A DNA stretch of 63,702 nucleotides, counting the filler, from Octopus bimaculoides (taxonomy: Eukaryota), in the NCBI RefSeq assembly GCF_001194135.2. It is 6 parts of 5 records of this genome, joined end to end, with 100 filler letters (N's around TTAATTAATTAA, not from the genome) between each part and the next. Parts side by side here need not be neighbours in the genome. Positions count along the whole stretch, not along the records: positions 48,893 to 63,702 come from NC_068983.1; 5 more parts are not named here. One strand, written 5' to 3'. The position numbers and the translations under genes are program-made. The stretch's first letter is position 1, and each line of letters starts with the position of its first letter. Under the pieces are notes generated by a model. It searched no databases and had not been told where the DNA came from. It saw only the letters and a program-made list of their open reading frames with translations. Below are positions 61,498 through 63,702 of the stretch, one piece after another.

Positions 61498-63702
61498 TAG
61501 TATGTTATATGTTCGTAAAAATAAGGAATCGTCACGTCTGGAATGCTTTTCATATTATGTTCGCTCCATCAGAGCCGTTTTGATATTACACTTCAATATC
61601 AGCATCAGACTTGCTTATCCGGCGCATCTTTATTCAAACCGACTGCTTGATTTGATGGGGATTCATCTGAAATTTCTTACAGGACAAAAACAGCGGAATG
61701 GCTCCCTCATTGACTTTTATGCAGAGATGTATTTGAAATGATATCTGCAGAAGGAATCTATACACAGATTAACAAGAGTTTATTCCTCTTGTGACTTTCG
61801 TTTTACCATCCAGAATTGCCATAATTCTTATTGACCGTACACAATATTAATAAATGAATGAGAGTTGACACATTTAACCTGGCGGATATAGAAAACCTAA
61901 CTATATATAAATAAACGGAGATACGTAAACTAGATTCGTCAATAACTAAAACATATAACCGAAATATATTCCTTTTTCTTTCAAGTAGGGAAGATATATT
62001 TTATTCGTATCGTTCAAGGATTCATTTTGCCAAGTTATAGGGATGCATTCATTGCTAAGAAAATGTACAAATCTGTACGTTTATTTGTGGGAGAAAAAAT
62101 AATTGACGAGAACTTAATAATTCAGGAGTAATAAATCTTGGTGGTTGGCGAGAAATGCTTCGATGACTAATTTCATCATCAGGCTCTTTATTGATGATTA
62201 GCATTATTGTTTGTGGAAGTATTTTTAATGATTTTGTGACAGTTAATGTATACAATTTCAGAATATCTATATATTACTGATACTCTACATAAGCCTCACA
62301 CCTGAGATTTGATTTCAAAGTCAACCACAAAGAGAGTTGAATATTATTAAGGAACATTAACGAATATTATATATGAATATAGATGTAAAAAATATTTAGT
62401 ATACGGTATTTATTTCATCGCTTTAATAATTTTTTATTTACCAACTCTATTATTTTGCTGAAAAATAAACGAAATTTTAGTACAATGCAAGAATCTAAAT
62501 TATTTTTCTTTCTTTGCGTTTCCCCTGTCTCTACCTCTTATTGCTACTTGTTAGATTTATTCTTGTTCTATGTTTGTCACTAAAATAGTGTAAAGAGGAT
62601 ATTTTGGTGGATTTGAGTAAGTAGTAAATATCTAGTGAGCCGCAAGCAAGAACAGTTTCGTTACTTTATACAAACGCACTTTGCAGCTTCCTCGAAACGT
62701 TGTATAATAAGACAATAGAAATGCGCACACTTTCTTTTAATTTGAACTGCAAATCTTTCTAATATTGATAGACTAATGACCAGTAATATATTAGGTCAAT
62801 TCAATAGGTTATAGCCTACCCTTTAAAGGCAATTTACTTGTTCCTAAATAAGAAACTAATATTGCAAGATGTTGTCAAACGTCCAGTCAAATTTTTTTAA
62901 TTATTCTAGTTGAAGAAACTGTAGAAGAATATAGCAAGAATATATTATAAAACAACTCTCTTATTTTTACATTTCTTTCTTCCCTTTGATAAACTTATTG
63001 GCCTTTACTGTTTTTCTTGTACATAATTTGTGTGTATTTTGCTTTATTTTTATCATTACTCTTTGTTTCTATTTTATTAGCCTTTTGATTTTTATGTAGT
63101 AAAGAATCTCAAAATAAAAATGTGTGGTAGCTTTTTTTATTCTTTCTTTTTTATGTATTGTTTCTTCTATCCATTCTTTTATTTAATGATCTTAGAGAAA
63201 CATTGATTTATGTATTTATTCAAAGACAACGTCTATTTTGATCCAAAACGCGTCTACGTTTGGTTAACCTTACCAAACAAATGGCCAACTATATTAAAAG
63301 TCTTTTCAGCCAAAAGAAAACAAAACGTAAAATAAGTTTTGGTTAAAACACAATGTCTTGTCTTATTCTCTCTTGTATTTTTTTTTTAATTTTCTCACCC
63401 TATAGCGATGAATAACACTAAAGTTACAACAAAAGTGATTCAAAATGAATAAAAATAGCCCATATACTTCAACTTTGAAATACACTCTTGTTTTAAAAAA
63501 AGAAGACTCCGAGAACTATAAAATATTCAGAGACCTAACCTCGCTTCAGTTTCACACCCACACCCACACACACAAACACATATATATACATATATGTATG
63601 TACGTATATATACACATGCCTATTTACAGGTTTATATATAGTATATGTTTACGTATATATATTTATATATATATATATATACATATGTATATATATATAT
63701 AT

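Overview
AT-rich, repeat-dense eukaryotic scaffold window with many microsatellites and N gaps. It is most likely a coleoid cephalopod (Octopus-like); this is an inference from SINE families recognised from memory. I find no convincing host protein-coding gene, intact tRNA/rRNA or CRISPR array, and most listed ORFs are microsatellite translations or decayed transposon fragments. Contents: Penelope-like (PLE; RT + GIY-YIG) remnants, Tx1, RTE, CR1 and R4/Dong-like LINE remnants, three mariner remnants, a hAT remnant, a Merlin-like MITE, solo-LTR-like sequences and several tRNA-derived SINE families. The most interesting signal is a small non-coding foldback element present twice (56172-56576 and 58803-59345). 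Each arm is a tRNA-like head (or its remnant) + (AAT)n + a minimal type I hammerhead ribozyme motif. The arms sit head-to-head, and the right arm has a ~35-40 nt tail. One copy is inserted into a mariner ORF with a 13-bp direct repeat, so the palindrome appears to move as a unit, possibly by PLE machinery (inference). Coordinates were counted by hand and may be off by a few bases.
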